DNA of 64,000 bases, from IMG/VR virus record IMGVR_UViG_3300033146_003955, positions 94,813 to 158,812 of that record; one strand, given 5' to 3'. The DNA is from a virus. The translations under genes were made by a program, and so were the position numbers. Under the pieces are notes generated by a model, which was given only the letters and a program-made list of their open reading frames with translations, was not told where the DNA came from and searched no databases. Within the stretch, counting starts at the first letter, position 1, and each line of letters starts with the position of its first letter. Positions 49,437-59,139 of the stretch are shown one piece after another.

Positions 49437-50573
49437 TTATAACCTCCAAGCTATTTCTAAATTTATTCTCGGTGAAAACGCTTGAGGTCCTGGTTCAAAA
49501 TAAATTTGAATTGTATCTCCAGCATCAAAGTCTATATTTAATGTACTATCTATTAATTTTCCAGCAGCCATAGTAAAACTTTGAATTGATGTATGTGTTC
49601 CATTTTTCATAATATGAAATGTTTTATTTTGAGTACCCCATCCAACAATAGCAGTTATACCTACTATAGTACCTTGACGTATAGCAGTAAAACCGACATA
49701 TTGAGCACCATGTTTATCAGCTGAAAGGTAATTTCCGCAACCGAACCTCCCAACAAATGTTGGCGATTCTTTATTAGTTGAGAGCCATTTAGCTAACGTA
49801 CCATCATATGCATATTGTATATTTCCTACAATACAAAGTTGACCAGCAGCTAAGTTTTGTGTAGGCGCAGATGTCATAGGTGTTAGTTGGAGAGGTGCAT
49901 ATCCATTAGATGCGTTAACAACAACAGCACTTTCGTCTGCGTTAATAAATACACCATGATTATAAGCATCATCTAAACTAACCCCAGCACTTCCGCCATC
50001 AACTCCTTTTTCACCAACATATCTAAACACTTTAACCCAAAGTGGAATAGTCCAACCTTGAACTGGTGCCGTTTGTGCATCTCCTAAAATAATAAAACCT
50101 AATTTGTAATTAGGAATCCAAGCACCCTCTGTAGTCGATATTTCATCACCCGGAGCTCCGGAAGACGGTATCGCATCATTATGTGTACCATTATCTTGAT
50201 AAAATCTTAAAGCATAACCTCTACCAAACAACTGTGGTTGCAGCCAATCTCCTATAACACCAGAGCTTGGATCATTATAAGTTTGAAACGCTGCCCATGC
50301 TCTGCCATTAGTTCCTGGTACAACAGATAGTTTAATCTCTTCTTCCACCAATATAGTAGGATTAGCAGTCGCGGCTGCAACAGCATCTGGAATTGTTAGT
50401 GCTGCAGGTACTGTGTTCATAAGAATTTCACTATTTAGCGACCAAGTTTTGGTAGCATATTCCTCTTGAGACCAGTGTAAACCATTAGGTGGATCTGGAT
50501 TCCATAATCCTTGAATACCAAAGACTGCTTTTAGAGATAAATTAATTTTTTCAACTTGAGTTAAATCAGCCAC
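49437..50573 (-). CDS. virion protein with SLDDAY + shared C-module
   Basis: paralogous C-terminus to 23265, 25657, 33430, 45614. Confidence 0.7.
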   Translation of the reverse strand: MADLTQVEKINLSLKAVFGIQGLWNPDPPNGLHWSQEEYATKTWSLNSEILMNTVPAALTIPDAVAAATANPTILVEEEIKLSVVPGTNGRAWAAFQTYNDPSSGVIGDWLQPQLFGRGYALRFYQDNGTHNDAIPSSGAPGDEISTTEGAWIPNYKLGFIILGDAQTAPVQGWTIPLWVKVFRYVGEKGVDGGSAGVSLDDAYNHGVFINADESAVVVNASNGYAPLQLTPMTSAPTQNLAAGQLCIVGNIQYAYDGTLAKWLSTNKESPTFVGRFGCGNYLSADKHGAQYVGFTAIRQGTIVGITAIVGWGTQNKTFHIMKNGTHTSIQSFTMAAGKLIDSTLNIDFDAGDTIQIYFEPGPQAFSPRINLEIAWRL

Positions 50574-50591
50574 GTTTCATTATCCCCTTAA

Positions 50592-50759
50592 TTAGATGTC
50601 ATCTCCAGCTTGTTCATTACCATACTCGATGATTTCATTTATATTAGATTCTAGTTTACGTAATTCAGAGCGAGTAAGAAAGACACCCTTCACTTCAGTC
50701 TCATCATTTGAGAAGTAAACAAGATATCTTTCCCCTTTTTTTTCTATTTTAATTTTCAT
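50592..50759 (-). CDS. small hypothetical protein, 55 aa (not in ORF track)
   Basis: MKIKIEKKGERYLVYF...; fills the intergenic gap. Confidence 0.5.
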   Translation of the reverse strand: MKIKIEKKGERYLVYFSNDETEVKGVFLTRSELRKLESNINEIIEYGNEQAGDDI

Positions 50760-50768
50760 AAACTAACC

Positions 50769-51290
50769 TTATTCTGTTTCTGTAACATTGTTAGTAACAG
50801 TAATTAATTTTGAATCACTTGCACCACTGCCATCGTTAGCGGTAACAGTAATAGTTACATCACCAGGATTGTCTAAAATTTCAACAAGACCATATGTTTC
50901 AGTAATAGCAATTCTGCTAGCATCACTTGTTGTAAATGTAAAACTTGGATCATCAGCATTAGCTGGTGATACTGTAGCACCAAAATTTAAGTCGTTATTA
51001 GCAGCATTAAAATCATCAAATTCATATGTTGATTCAGCTCCTGTTAAAGTAATTCCTGTAACTAGTATTGGATCAGGATCTGGTTCAGAACCAACATTAG
51101 GCTGATTCCCAACTCCCATTTCTCCATCAGATGTAAAAGTTGCTGCTTTAGTTAAAACAGCTCCGTAAACGGAATTGAGTTTAGCAGCTTCTGCTGCACC
51201 CTCTGCCCCGCCTTCAGCAAGTCTTTTACCTTGTATTCTCCATCTTGCTGGTGTATTTTCAGTATTTAAATCGTTAGGGTCAAATGACAT
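50769..51290 (-). CDS. Ig-like (Big_2) domain virion protein
   Basis: VTGITL...ATVSPANADDP...TSD...G.VTITVTANDGSG. Confidence 0.8.
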   Translation of the reverse strand: MSFDPNDLNTENTPARWRIQGKRLAEGGAEGAAEAAKLNSVYGAVLTKAATFTSDGEMGVGNQPNVGSEPDPDPILVTGITLTGAESTYEFDDFNAANNDLNFGATVSPANADDPSFTFTTSDASRIAITETYGLVEILDNPGDVTITVTANDGSGASDSKLITVTNNVTETE

Positions 51291-51307
51291 AATTTTCCTC
51301 CATTATT

Positions 51308-51472
51308 TTAATTAGCTGTAAACTCAGCCAACATTTTCTCTAATTTTGACTTCGCTCTTATGAGAAAAGCATCTTTTTCTGTACTATCTACAAACGTTAT
51401 GCTGTCTGCATTATTAATTGCTTCTGCAAGCAAGTTAATTTCTGTTAATTTTGAAATATCTGAACCTTTCAT
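51308..51472 (-). CDS. small hypothetical protein, 54 aa (not in ORF track)
   Basis: AAGGAG RBS; MKGSDISKLTEINLL... Confidence 0.5.
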   Translation of the reverse strand: MKGSDISKLTEINLLAEAINNADSITFVDSTEKDAFLIRAKSKLEKMLAEFTAN

Positions 51473-51862
51473 TTATTCACTCCTTCTTCTAAGTATTCTA
51501 CTTAATGCAGAATCATCATCATCTGAATTAGAAAAACTATCTTCTGAATCGTTATCATCATTAAAATCAGAATCACTTGAACCGATTGTATCTAGTTCCA
51601 TACTATGTGTAAACATAGGACCTACATCAAGACTAGAAGATGTATTTTCAATTTCTGAAATATAAAAATTTAAAGTTTTACTTGCATCTTTTAAAATATT
51701 TAAAACATCTTCTCGGTCAAATTTCTTTTTAACGTCTTTAACGAATTCGGCTATAAGAGCGAGACTGTCTTCTCTTGCTAAATCTTTATTAACTTTTTCT
51801 TCTATTGAATAAGATTTTTTATTTTCTTTTACTAATTTTTTATTAAATTTTTCCATTTTCAC
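51473..51862 (-). CDS. acidic possible head-internal protein
   Basis: KFNKKLVKE N-terminus, D/S-rich tail. Confidence 0.6.
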   Translation of the reverse strand: MKMEKFNKKLVKENKKSYSIEEKVNKDLAREDSLALIAEFVKDVKKKFDREDVLNILKDASKTLNFYISEIENTSSSLDVGPMFTHSMELDTIGSSDSDFNDDNDSEDSFSNSDDDDSALSRILRRRSE

Positions 51863-52785
51863 AATAATATCTCCGTTAATTTATCTTCAATATTTTCATT
51901 ATATTTTATTCTTATTAATTTTATGTTATTATCTTTACAATATTTATTTTTTATTGCATCATTTTGCCGTCTATATTTTAAACCTTTTTCTCCACCAAAA
52001 AAATCAATTGGTTTATAATGTTGCCTACCGTCATATTCAATTAATACATTATTATTAGGTAAATAAAAATCAAAAGGTAAAGGTCTTTTATTTATACAAT
52101 CATTAAATCTATATTGTTTTAAATAATCAATATTTTTATCGTCTAAATATTTAGCAGTAGCTTCTTCGCCTTTAGGTTCATTACAGGCAGGGCAACCATG
52201 TCCGTTTAAATGGTGGTCTGCTCTTTGTGTAAAAACGCCATGTTTTAGACATATTACTTTTATATTTTTATTAATACCTTGATAATCAACTAAAGAATAA
52301 TCATATCTGTCACCATGTACAGCTTTGGCTTTTTGTATAAAATATTGCGTATTTTTAATTTGTTTTAATCTACTTATTTTATTACCACATTTATTACAAT
52401 TTCTTCCTATTAAATGGTTATTCGGAAACTGTTTGAATATGCCATGTTCTGGACATATTATTTTAACCTTAGTATAATTATTTACATAATTAACAAGGGA
52501 ATAATCATATTTATTACCATGTATTTGTTTAGCTTTCTCTATAAATTCGTATTTAGACATGCTTCTTTGCTGTTTTATTTTGATATATCTACATTTTGAA
52601 CAACCTTGTTTTTGTGAAACATGTAAGTTAGGCCTTTGTTCAAAGACTCCGTGTTCAGGACATATTATTTTAACTTTAGTCTTAGCATTAATATATTCAA
52701 CTAAAGAATAGTCATACTTTTCACTATGTACAGCTTTAGCTTTTTCTATAAATTCTTCAGTTGTTAAACGTTTATTGCTCACCAA
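51859..52785 (-). CDS. putative homing endonuclease, paralogue of 44509-45582
   Basis: three zinc repeats; LPFDFYLP...IEYDGRQH. Confidence 0.8.
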   Translation of the reverse strand: MVSNKRLTTEEFIEKAKAVHSEKYDYSLVEYINAKTKVKIICPEHGVFEQRPNLHVSQKQGCSKCRYIKIKQQRSMSKYEFIEKAKQIHGNKYDYSLVNYVNNYTKVKIICPEHGIFKQFPNNHLIGRNCNKCGNKISRLKQIKNTQYFIQKAKAVHGDRYDYSLVDYQGINKNIKVICLKHGVFTQRADHHLNGHGCPACNEPKGEEATAKYLDDKNIDYLKQYRFNDCINKRPLPFDFYLPNNNVLIEYDGRQHYKPIDFFGGEKGLKYRRQNDAIKNKYCKDNNIKLIRIKYNENIEDKLTEILL

Positions 52786-54824
52786 TCTATTACTTCCATA
52801 TGACTAATTTTTATTCCTGTATTAGAAGGAATCATTACTTTTACTATTATCATATATCCACCAAATTCTGTTCTAAATCTATCAAGGCCAAATGTGAAGT
52901 CAGAATTTGTCTGCATGTCTCGGTGCATCCAACATCCGTCTTCATCAATTCCTGTAAATGTAGCATAGTTGTAATCTGTATTTAGTGACAACCAACCAGT
53001 TTGTGATGGAACTTTAATCCATACTTTAATATCTTCGTCTAACATTTGTTGTTTTGTCACACCGGTTATTCTTAAAGTACCTTGAGCTCTAGATAGAGTG
53101 GTATCTTTGAATGCACGGAAATAATATTTATTAGTTTCAACGCCAAGGGGTGAATAATTTGGATTACCTCCAGGGAGAGTGTTTGTGAAATCTTCGTGCG
53201 GGAATATCAACTCATCCATAAAAACTTGCAATTGATTCCCTGCATCGTATGTATCAAGACTTTGTGTTGAGTCCCATTGCGCTACTATATTTGCTGGAAT
53301 TGTGTCGTAATCACCACTCAACATTCTATAATCTTCATCTCTAAAATATTCTTTTAAAGGTGTAGAGTAAGATCCAAAAGAATAAACCATAATATTCTCT
53401 GATAATGATGTTTGTGGTGTATAAGAACCGTAAGGATCACGAGGCGTAACGTCCAGCTGCGCATCAAGGTTCATATAATTTGCTGCTTGTACTAATTGCC
53501 AATCTGTAACTGTCATAATCTCATCTATATTTGGAGGAGATGATACACCTACAACTGATGAATCAGTATAAGCTAAAGGAGTTGCAACCATTCCAGGCCA
53601 CGAGTTCAATATTATTGGTGCATTTGATGAATGATAAACATTATCAAAAGCATCTAAAACTATTGTACTTATATTCCAAGTACTTCCTGTATCATAAAAC
53701 TGAACACCAGAAAGCCAATTGATAACAGGCACGTTTTCTACAACAGTAGGTACGTTATTTGATGGGTTAGAACCAGCGTCTGTATCATAAAAAATATCTA
53801 CAGTATTTGATATTTGCGTACCAGAAGCTAAATCTTCATGTGTTATATAAAATTCATTCCATCCTTGTCTCAATGCTGTAGCATCGGTTAAAACAAATTG
53901 TGCATGCCAACTTTGGTAAAATTTAAAATTATTAAATTTTCCAACATGAAGGACTTCAAAATAGCCATATGTTAAAGATACAGTAGCATTAATTATCGCA
54001 TCACCGTTTCCTTGAATATCATACGTTGATAAATCTTGAGCTGAATCGTTATTCAAGACATTAAAGTTAGCTTCTAAATCAATTGTCGCGATAGCTATTC
54101 CATTATGAAAGATGCTTATTATACCTTTTTCGCCTTGATCACTATAATTACCTATAGGAGTTTTTAACGTAAAAGTTCCATCTTTAACTATATAAGAGAT
54201 TGTAGAACCTTCAATATCTCCTGTTTTATAGTTTATATTATTTTGAGATAAATTACCTATGTAGAAAGTTGTACCTTCAATAGTTAAATCTTGCCCGTGA
54301 AGGGAAAGAGGTGGGTCTGGAGGACCAATATAAGCGATGTTATTATCTGCATCAATATATACGTCATCTTCAGCTTCAACAAAAACTAATTTTTGTATAT
54401 CTGTTCCAGATGGATTAGCATCATATTCTTCAACAGTTAACGAGAATGTAGATGTTAATTGCGTCCACTCAGTAGCTTGAAGATTCCACCAAAATAACAT
54501 CCCTATATCTTCTACTAAACGTATATCACCATCTTCATTGCCAATAAGAGGGAGATTGTTAAATGTTTCTACAGATGGTTTCCATCTACTTTTAAGTGTT
54601 AATCTTTCAATTGCTATTGCTGTTGGGAAATCACCACTTGTCGTCCCAATATCAGTAGTTGATAAAACAAGTCCGCTATTAAGCGCTGTAACCATGTCAG
54701 GTGTTAAAAATCCATCAAAATCGTTTTCATCAATTGTTATGGATTCATTTGAATCAATTACTCTACCTAAATCGTTAATAGTAATTAAAGCACCGGTTGG
54801 ATTTTTAAGAAAATATTCTCCCAC
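52779..54824 (-). CDS. virion structural protein, N-module family
   Basis: YFLKNPTGALITINDLG; LPLIGNEDGD.R motif; GGAG and AAGATAA upstream. Confidence 0.7.
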   Translation of the reverse strand: MGEYFLKNPTGALITINDLGRVIDSNESITIDENDFDGFLTPDMVTALNSGLVLSTTDIGTTSGDFPTAIAIERLTLKSRWKPSVETFNNLPLIGNEDGDIRLVEDIGMLFWWNLQATEWTQLTSTFSLTVEEYDANPSGTDIQKLVFVEAEDDVYIDADNNIAYIGPPDPPLSLHGQDLTIEGTTFYIGNLSQNNINYKTGDIEGSTISYIVKDGTFTLKTPIGNYSDQGEKGIISIFHNGIAIATIDLEANFNVLNNDSAQDLSTYDIQGNGDAIINATVSLTYGYFEVLHVGKFNNFKFYQSWHAQFVLTDATALRQGWNEFYITHEDLASGTQISNTVDIFYDTDAGSNPSNNVPTVVENVPVINWLSGVQFYDTGSTWNISTIVLDAFDNVYHSSNAPIILNSWPGMVATPLAYTDSSVVGVSSPPNIDEIMTVTDWQLVQAANYMNLDAQLDVTPRDPYGSYTPQTSLSENIMVYSFGSYSTPLKEYFRDEDYRMLSGDYDTIPANIVAQWDSTQSLDTYDAGNQLQVFMDELIFPHEDFTNTLPGGNPNYSPLGVETNKYYFRAFKDTTLSRAQGTLRITGVTKQQMLDEDIKVWIKVPSQTGWLSLNTDYNYATFTGIDEDGCWMHRDMQTNSDFTFGLDRFRTEFGGYMIIVKVMIPSNTGIKISHMEVIDW

Positions 54825-54965
54825 AGATATACTCCATTTTATTTATTTAAGATTATCTTGGGTGAAAATTGCAAAAATACCCATTTTCACACTGTAATAA
54901 AAAAAATAAAAATTATGGTCTCCAACCTCTCCGAAGTTCAACTATTTGTTTTATTAACATATATT

Positions 54966-55157
54966 TTAATTTTTGAGGTAGTTTATTGTACGACATTTTA
55001 GTTTTTGAGCTATCTCCCAGTCGTCAGAACTATTTGTTGATATTGGACTCCAATCAAACTCAATACCTTGTGCGACAAAATAATAAATATTGTCAGATTC
55101 AAGTTTATACGGGATAAAATAATATTCTCTTTCTGCATATAGTTGAAACAATTCCAT
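54966..55157 (-). CDS. small hypothetical protein
   Basis: ORF after terminator. Confidence 0.45.
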   Translation of the reverse strand: MELFQLYAEREYYFIPYKLESDNIYYFVAQGIEFDWSPISTNSSDDWEIAQKLKCRTINYLKN

Positions 55158-55178
55158 ATTATATCTTTACATAGAAAT

Positions 55179-55206
55179 AAAAAAAGGAGCTTTTTAGCTC
55201 CTTTTT
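55179..55206 (-). terminator. intrinsic terminator (possibly bidirectional)
   Basis: AAAAAGGAGC-N6-GCTCCTTTTT. Confidence 0.8.
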
Positions 55207-55207
55207 G

Positions 55208-55684
55208 TCAACCGTCTCTACCGGCACCAAATTGACGATCAGCCATTATAATACCGTTACTTTCGTTGAAACCTTTGTACATAACTACTTGTTCTTGCTC
55301 AAAACTATCGAGTTCAATATCATAATCGTAATAATCTCCATCCCAAAAATCACTATCATCATGGTCACCACACTCATCAAAATAACAAACTACAGGATCT
55401 GCGTCTTCAGCAAGATATTTCTTAGCTTGGATGTCTTCACTTTCATTATCAAGGAGAGCATTCATAGCGTCCTCACTATTAACAGAGACAGTAGTGCCCA
55501 TAAATGATTCTATAAAAGCATCACTGTTATCACTTCCCCACTTGCTAATGGGCATTGTTTTAATATCTTTAATTCCTTCCCTCTCAATCCAATTATTAAA
55601 TTTAACCATATCCTTAATAACACCGATACCCATTATAAAGGATGAGCTTGATGAATTAGATACAAAGCCTGTTCTAATTTTCAT
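55208..55684 (-). CDS. FVSNSSSSSF-motif protein 2
   Basis: MKIRTGFVSNSSSSSF...DYDIELDSF...FGAGRDG. Confidence 0.8.
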   Translation of the reverse strand: MKIRTGFVSNSSSSSFIMGIGVIKDMVKFNNWIEREGIKDIKTMPISKWGSDNSDAFIESFMGTTVSVNSEDAMNALLDNESEDIQAKKYLAEDADPVVCYFDECGDHDDSDFWDGDYYDYDIELDSFEQEQVVMYKGFNESNGIIMADRQFGAGRDG

Positions 55685-56199
55685 CCGTTCCTCCCTGCAC
55701 CAAATATTTTATCAGCATATGAAATCCCACTTTTTTCACCGAAAGAATTATATGATTCTTGTTGCTCTTTATTAAACCAGTCTAAATCAATATCATAATC
55801 CATATCCCAACCATCTGATTGAGAAAAAGCTGAGTCTCCTTCGTCATTAGCAACACTATAAACGACTAAATCTTTATGACCTTTTCCAGTAAGGAGATTC
55901 TTAGCTTTGATATCGTCACTAGGTTTTATTTGTGCTTTATAATAATCTTCCTTTTTTAAATAAACATAAGTCGGACTATTAGTAGATGCAAGAGCTGCAT
56001 ATCTTCCACTCTCAGCATGATATTCGATATCTGAATATTCTTTTTTTAGTTCATCTTCCGGATTATATACATATACATCCCATTCTCCTGAGACACCTTC
56101 TTTCCACTTATTAAATTTCTTCCAATCTGTCACTACACCGATCCCAATCATAAATGATGATGACGATGAATTAGATACAAATCCTGTTCTTACTTTCAT
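55681..56199 (-). CDS. FVSNSSSSSF-motif protein 1
   Basis: MKVRTGFVSNSSSSSF...DYDIDLDWF...FGAGRNG. Confidence 0.8.
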   Translation of the reverse strand: MKVRTGFVSNSSSSSFMIGIGVVTDWKKFNKWKEGVSGEWDVYVYNPEDELKKEYSDIEYHAESGRYAALASTNSPTYVYLKKEDYYKAQIKPSDDIKAKNLLTGKGHKDLVVYSVANDEGDSAFSQSDGWDMDYDIDLDWFNKEQQESYNSFGEKSGISYADKIFGAGRNG

Positions 56200-57242
56200 T
56201 TTTCTTCCTCACCCTTCCAACTTTCTTTTAAAACTTTCTTAAACATATTTTTACATGTTAATTTCCAAAAAGATTCCACATCTTCTTTGTCTAAATCCTC
56301 ATAAAAATTGAGAGGTATTTTAGCAGCTCCTGCCCCAGATTTTCCACCGCCGAAATCCCCAAATAGGTCTTTCATCATTTGATTTACGTCAACAGATACC
56401 AGGGAAGAACGTACACTTACATGTAATTCTTTTTTGCCGACTACAGCAAATATAACGGCGGTTGTAACACTCTCCATTCTTGTATACTCTTCTGAGAGAA
56501 TAGAAATTGCGTCCCTTTGCTCTGCCGGTATATAACCAATACCACCAACAAATACACCATTTTTCTCTACAAAATTGCCTTCTTTATGAAGAGTTAAACG
56601 TGTGTCATAGAGATAACGTGGAAAGGGATAATTCATAACCTTCTGTAAAGCTTCTTTATCAGATATTTTTAAAAGTTCTTGATATCCAATAAAGTCGTCT
56701 TCACTTATATTTTCACTAACTAAATCATTAGTATCAGTTCTTATGCCGAGAAGAAGAGCTGTATATATAGATATATTTTCATTATTAACTTCATGGTTTA
56801 ATTCCTTCATCATCCGCCACATTAAAGCTGCACACGAACCGTATGAAGGCTCAATAATTTTAAATTTAGCTTTGGAGATAGATTTATGATGATCTATAAC
56901 AAGTATAGGATTTTCGCCCCTGCTGTTATTTTCTGTACAGTCTATACAAACATCAATTCCATTAGGTATAGGATGTCCATTTCTTCTTTCCATCGCAACA
57001 TTTAATACATTAACAATAGTTTTATTTTGAGGATGTGATACTTCCCCAGAATAATAAATGGTAGAATCCAAGCCTTCTTCTTTAAACTTTAACTGAAGGC
57101 CTAAACCAGCCCCAATTGCGTCGGGATCTGGAGCGTCATGAAGATTTATTCTTATAATATGATCTTCATTCTCCTCTTTATATTTTTTTAGATGATCAAT
57201 TGCTTGACGTAATTTTCCTTCCATCTTTATTCGTTCAGCCAT
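56196..57242 (-). CDS. DHH-family phosphoesterase (NrnA-like)
   Basis: HDAPDPDAIG, IDHH, GIRTDT, SVRS, GGGK. Confidence 0.85.
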   Translation of the reverse strand: MAERIKMEGKLRQAIDHLKKYKEENEDHIIRINLHDAPDPDAIGAGLGLQLKFKEEGLDSTIYYSGEVSHPQNKTIVNVLNVAMERRNGHPIPNGIDVCIDCTENNSRGENPILVIDHHKSISKAKFKIIEPSYGSCAALMWRMMKELNHEVNNENISIYTALLLGIRTDTNDLVSENISEDDFIGYQELLKISDKEALQKVMNYPFPRYLYDTRLTLHKEGNFVEKNGVFVGGIGYIPAEQRDAISILSEEYTRMESVTTAVIFAVVGKKELHVSVRSSLVSVDVNQMMKDLFGDFGGGKSGAGAAKIPLNFYEDLDKEDVESFWKLTCKNMFKKVLKESWKGEEEK

Positions 57243-58317
57243 TTACAATCCTCTTACAACTATTTAATTCCTCATATATAGGGCAACTTCTACATAATCC
57301 ATTAGAAAATTTGCAGTTACATCCTTTTGAAGAATTTATTAATTTTTCTCTCCATTCTTTAGTTTGTTTATGATTCCAAACATCTGCTATAAAATCGTTA
57401 CAACCTAAAACATCAATACCAGCAACTATATCTTCCGCAAAAGAACATGGAAAATAAACACCTTTATCATTTATATAACTTGAAAAAATTCCGGACTCAC
57501 AAGGCTCCGCGAGTTGGGTATACACCTTCTCGTTTTTTACACCCTCGATACTCTTAAGAAAGAGTGGAGCTGAACATGAATCAAAGCCGAAGTTAACTTC
57601 CTTTTCTATCATGTACTCAACCAACTTCTTATATTTATCTGGGTGGGAGATTGAATGGAAACTACCTTCAGCAGCGCCCTTCTCTTTACACTGGAGAAAA
57701 ACAAGAGCATTTAATTTTTCAGTTCTTATATCACTCTTTATATCATCAGCTAATTTAAAAGCAGAATCATAAGTTTCTTCAGCAACCATATAATGAATAT
57801 TTATTTGGTCCATACCCGCATCGGTTAAAGCTTTAATCCAGTTGAATGATTTATTTTGGTCATAAATTGAAATAGCGCAAGCACCAAAAATACGTTTAAT
57901 ATCAGCAACTCTTTCTGGCGTTATATCATCAAGACCATGCATTGTAAAGTTTGGTATTACACCATGTTCTCTTGAATATTCAGCCATCTTAAAAAAGTCT
58001 GGGTTAGCATCTATATCAGTAATGCCAAAGGCAATTTGAGTGATAAAAGGTCCTAATTTGTGAAAAATAGTACGAAACTCTTCAAATGTCATATTATAAG
58101 ATGAACCAACTCCATTTGATTTATAGCAGAAGGTACAATTACCTTTACATTTTCCGGAGGATATTTCAAGATCTAATATTTCAGGCCCTGGGGCAAATGC
58201 AGGGTCATCTTCTTTAGTCTGTCCCCACCTCTCAAAATATCCAGTAACTTTGTCAAAATTGTAATTGTAATATTGAGAACGAATGTGTTTTGATGTTTTA
58301 TTTTCTTTTATTTTCAT
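57235..58317 (-). CDS. radical SAM protein with SPASM/twitch-like C-terminus
   Basis: CKGNCTFCY; PCESG...YI...G..FPCSF; C-terminal Cys cluster. Confidence 0.9.
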   Translation of the reverse strand: MKIKENKTSKHIRSQYYNYNFDKVTGYFERWGQTKEDDPAFAPGPEILDLEISSGKCKGNCTFCYKSNGVGSSYNMTFEEFRTIFHKLGPFITQIAFGITDIDANPDFFKMAEYSREHGVIPNFTMHGLDDITPERVADIKRIFGACAISIYDQNKSFNWIKALTDAGMDQINIHYMVAEETYDSAFKLADDIKSDIRTEKLNALVFLQCKEKGAAEGSFHSISHPDKYKKLVEYMIEKEVNFGFDSCSAPLFLKSIEGVKNEKVYTQLAEPCESGIFSSYINDKGVYFPCSFAEDIVAGIDVLGCNDFIADVWNHKQTKEWREKLINSSKGCNCKFSNGLCRSCPIYEELNSCKRIVNG

Positions 58318-58351
58318 ATTGTTAAATATGCATGGAATAATGAAATTTTAT

Positions 58352-58603
58352 TTATTTTTTTGTTTTATAGTCATCATTTGATTTTTTAATTGCATCTGCT
58401 ATATTCCATCCTATAAGATTTATTTTAGCTTGAGTTACAGATATCATCTCATGTATCGAATTCCACTTCTCTTTATTAGATGTAAAATAAACTTCAAAAG
58501 TTTTTTTATTATCATCATTTAATTCAGAGTATTTAACATCTTTATCAGCCATAGCCTTGCAGCAAGACATAAAATATCGAGTCTTATCTTCTTCATCCAT
58601 CAT
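58352..58603 (-). CDS. hypothetical protein
   Basis: QAKINL. Confidence 0.6.
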   Translation of the reverse strand: MMDEEDKTRYFMSCCKAMADKDVKYSELNDDNKKTFEVYFTSNKEKWNSIHEMISVTQAKINLIGWNIADAIKKSNDDYKTKK

Positions 58604-58911
58604 TTTAAAAGAAGCATTTTCGCCTTCTCTTCATCCTTCTCGATACGTATTATCAACCCATCATTAAATATTTTCTCTAAAAAACTCTTACCAAAAGATG
58701 CTGATATATTTTTCTCATTATGCACATGATATGATCCATCTACGTCTTCATCTACTATGAAATATTTAGAACTTTTCCATATAGATATCCGCTGCCCATT
58801 TAACACTTTAGGGGACGGTTTAAACATATCCCCCAAAGAGATGTTATTCATCAATCTTTCCAGGTCCTTTGATAAGTGAAGCAAAGCCAGTTGGTTTTTC
58901 TTTATTGACAA
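58600..58911 (-). CDS. hypothetical protein (true start probably later, about 58854)
   Basis: C-terminal KAKMLLL. Confidence 0.55.
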   Translation of the reverse strand: MSIKKNQLALLHLSKDLERLMNNISLGDMFKPSPKVLNGQRISIWKSSKYFIVDEDVDGSYHVHNEKNISASFGKSFLEKIFNDGLIIRIEKDEEKAKMLLLK

Positions 58912-59128
58912 TACCTTGCGTCATAACGTAATACTGATTGAATAGAGAGGTTAAACTTCCTATTTGAACACCCATTGCTATAAAATATGTTCTCATTGCA
59001 GAACCATCCATATCAGGTGATATAGGTCCGTCTACAGCTTCAGCTATGATAGAGTTTAAGTTTGTTATAGTTGTAGCCATTTCTTGTATTAAAACTTCTT
59101 TATTATCTTCGATAAATTTGTCAGCCAT
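58844..59128 (-). CDS. hypothetical protein
   Basis: AAGGAG RBS. Confidence 0.65.
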   Translation of the reverse strand: MADKFIEDNKEVLIQEMATTITNLNSIIAEAVDGPISPDMDGSAMRTYFIAMGVQIGSLTSLFNQYYVMTQGIVNKEKPTGFASLIKGPGKIDE

Positions 59129-59139
59129 TTTGTCTCCTT

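Noticed and set aside
23265-50573. Diversity-generating retroelement acting on shared fibre C-termini
   Set aside because: No reverse transcriptase and no adenine-specific template/variable repeat pair seen; similarity is at protein level only.
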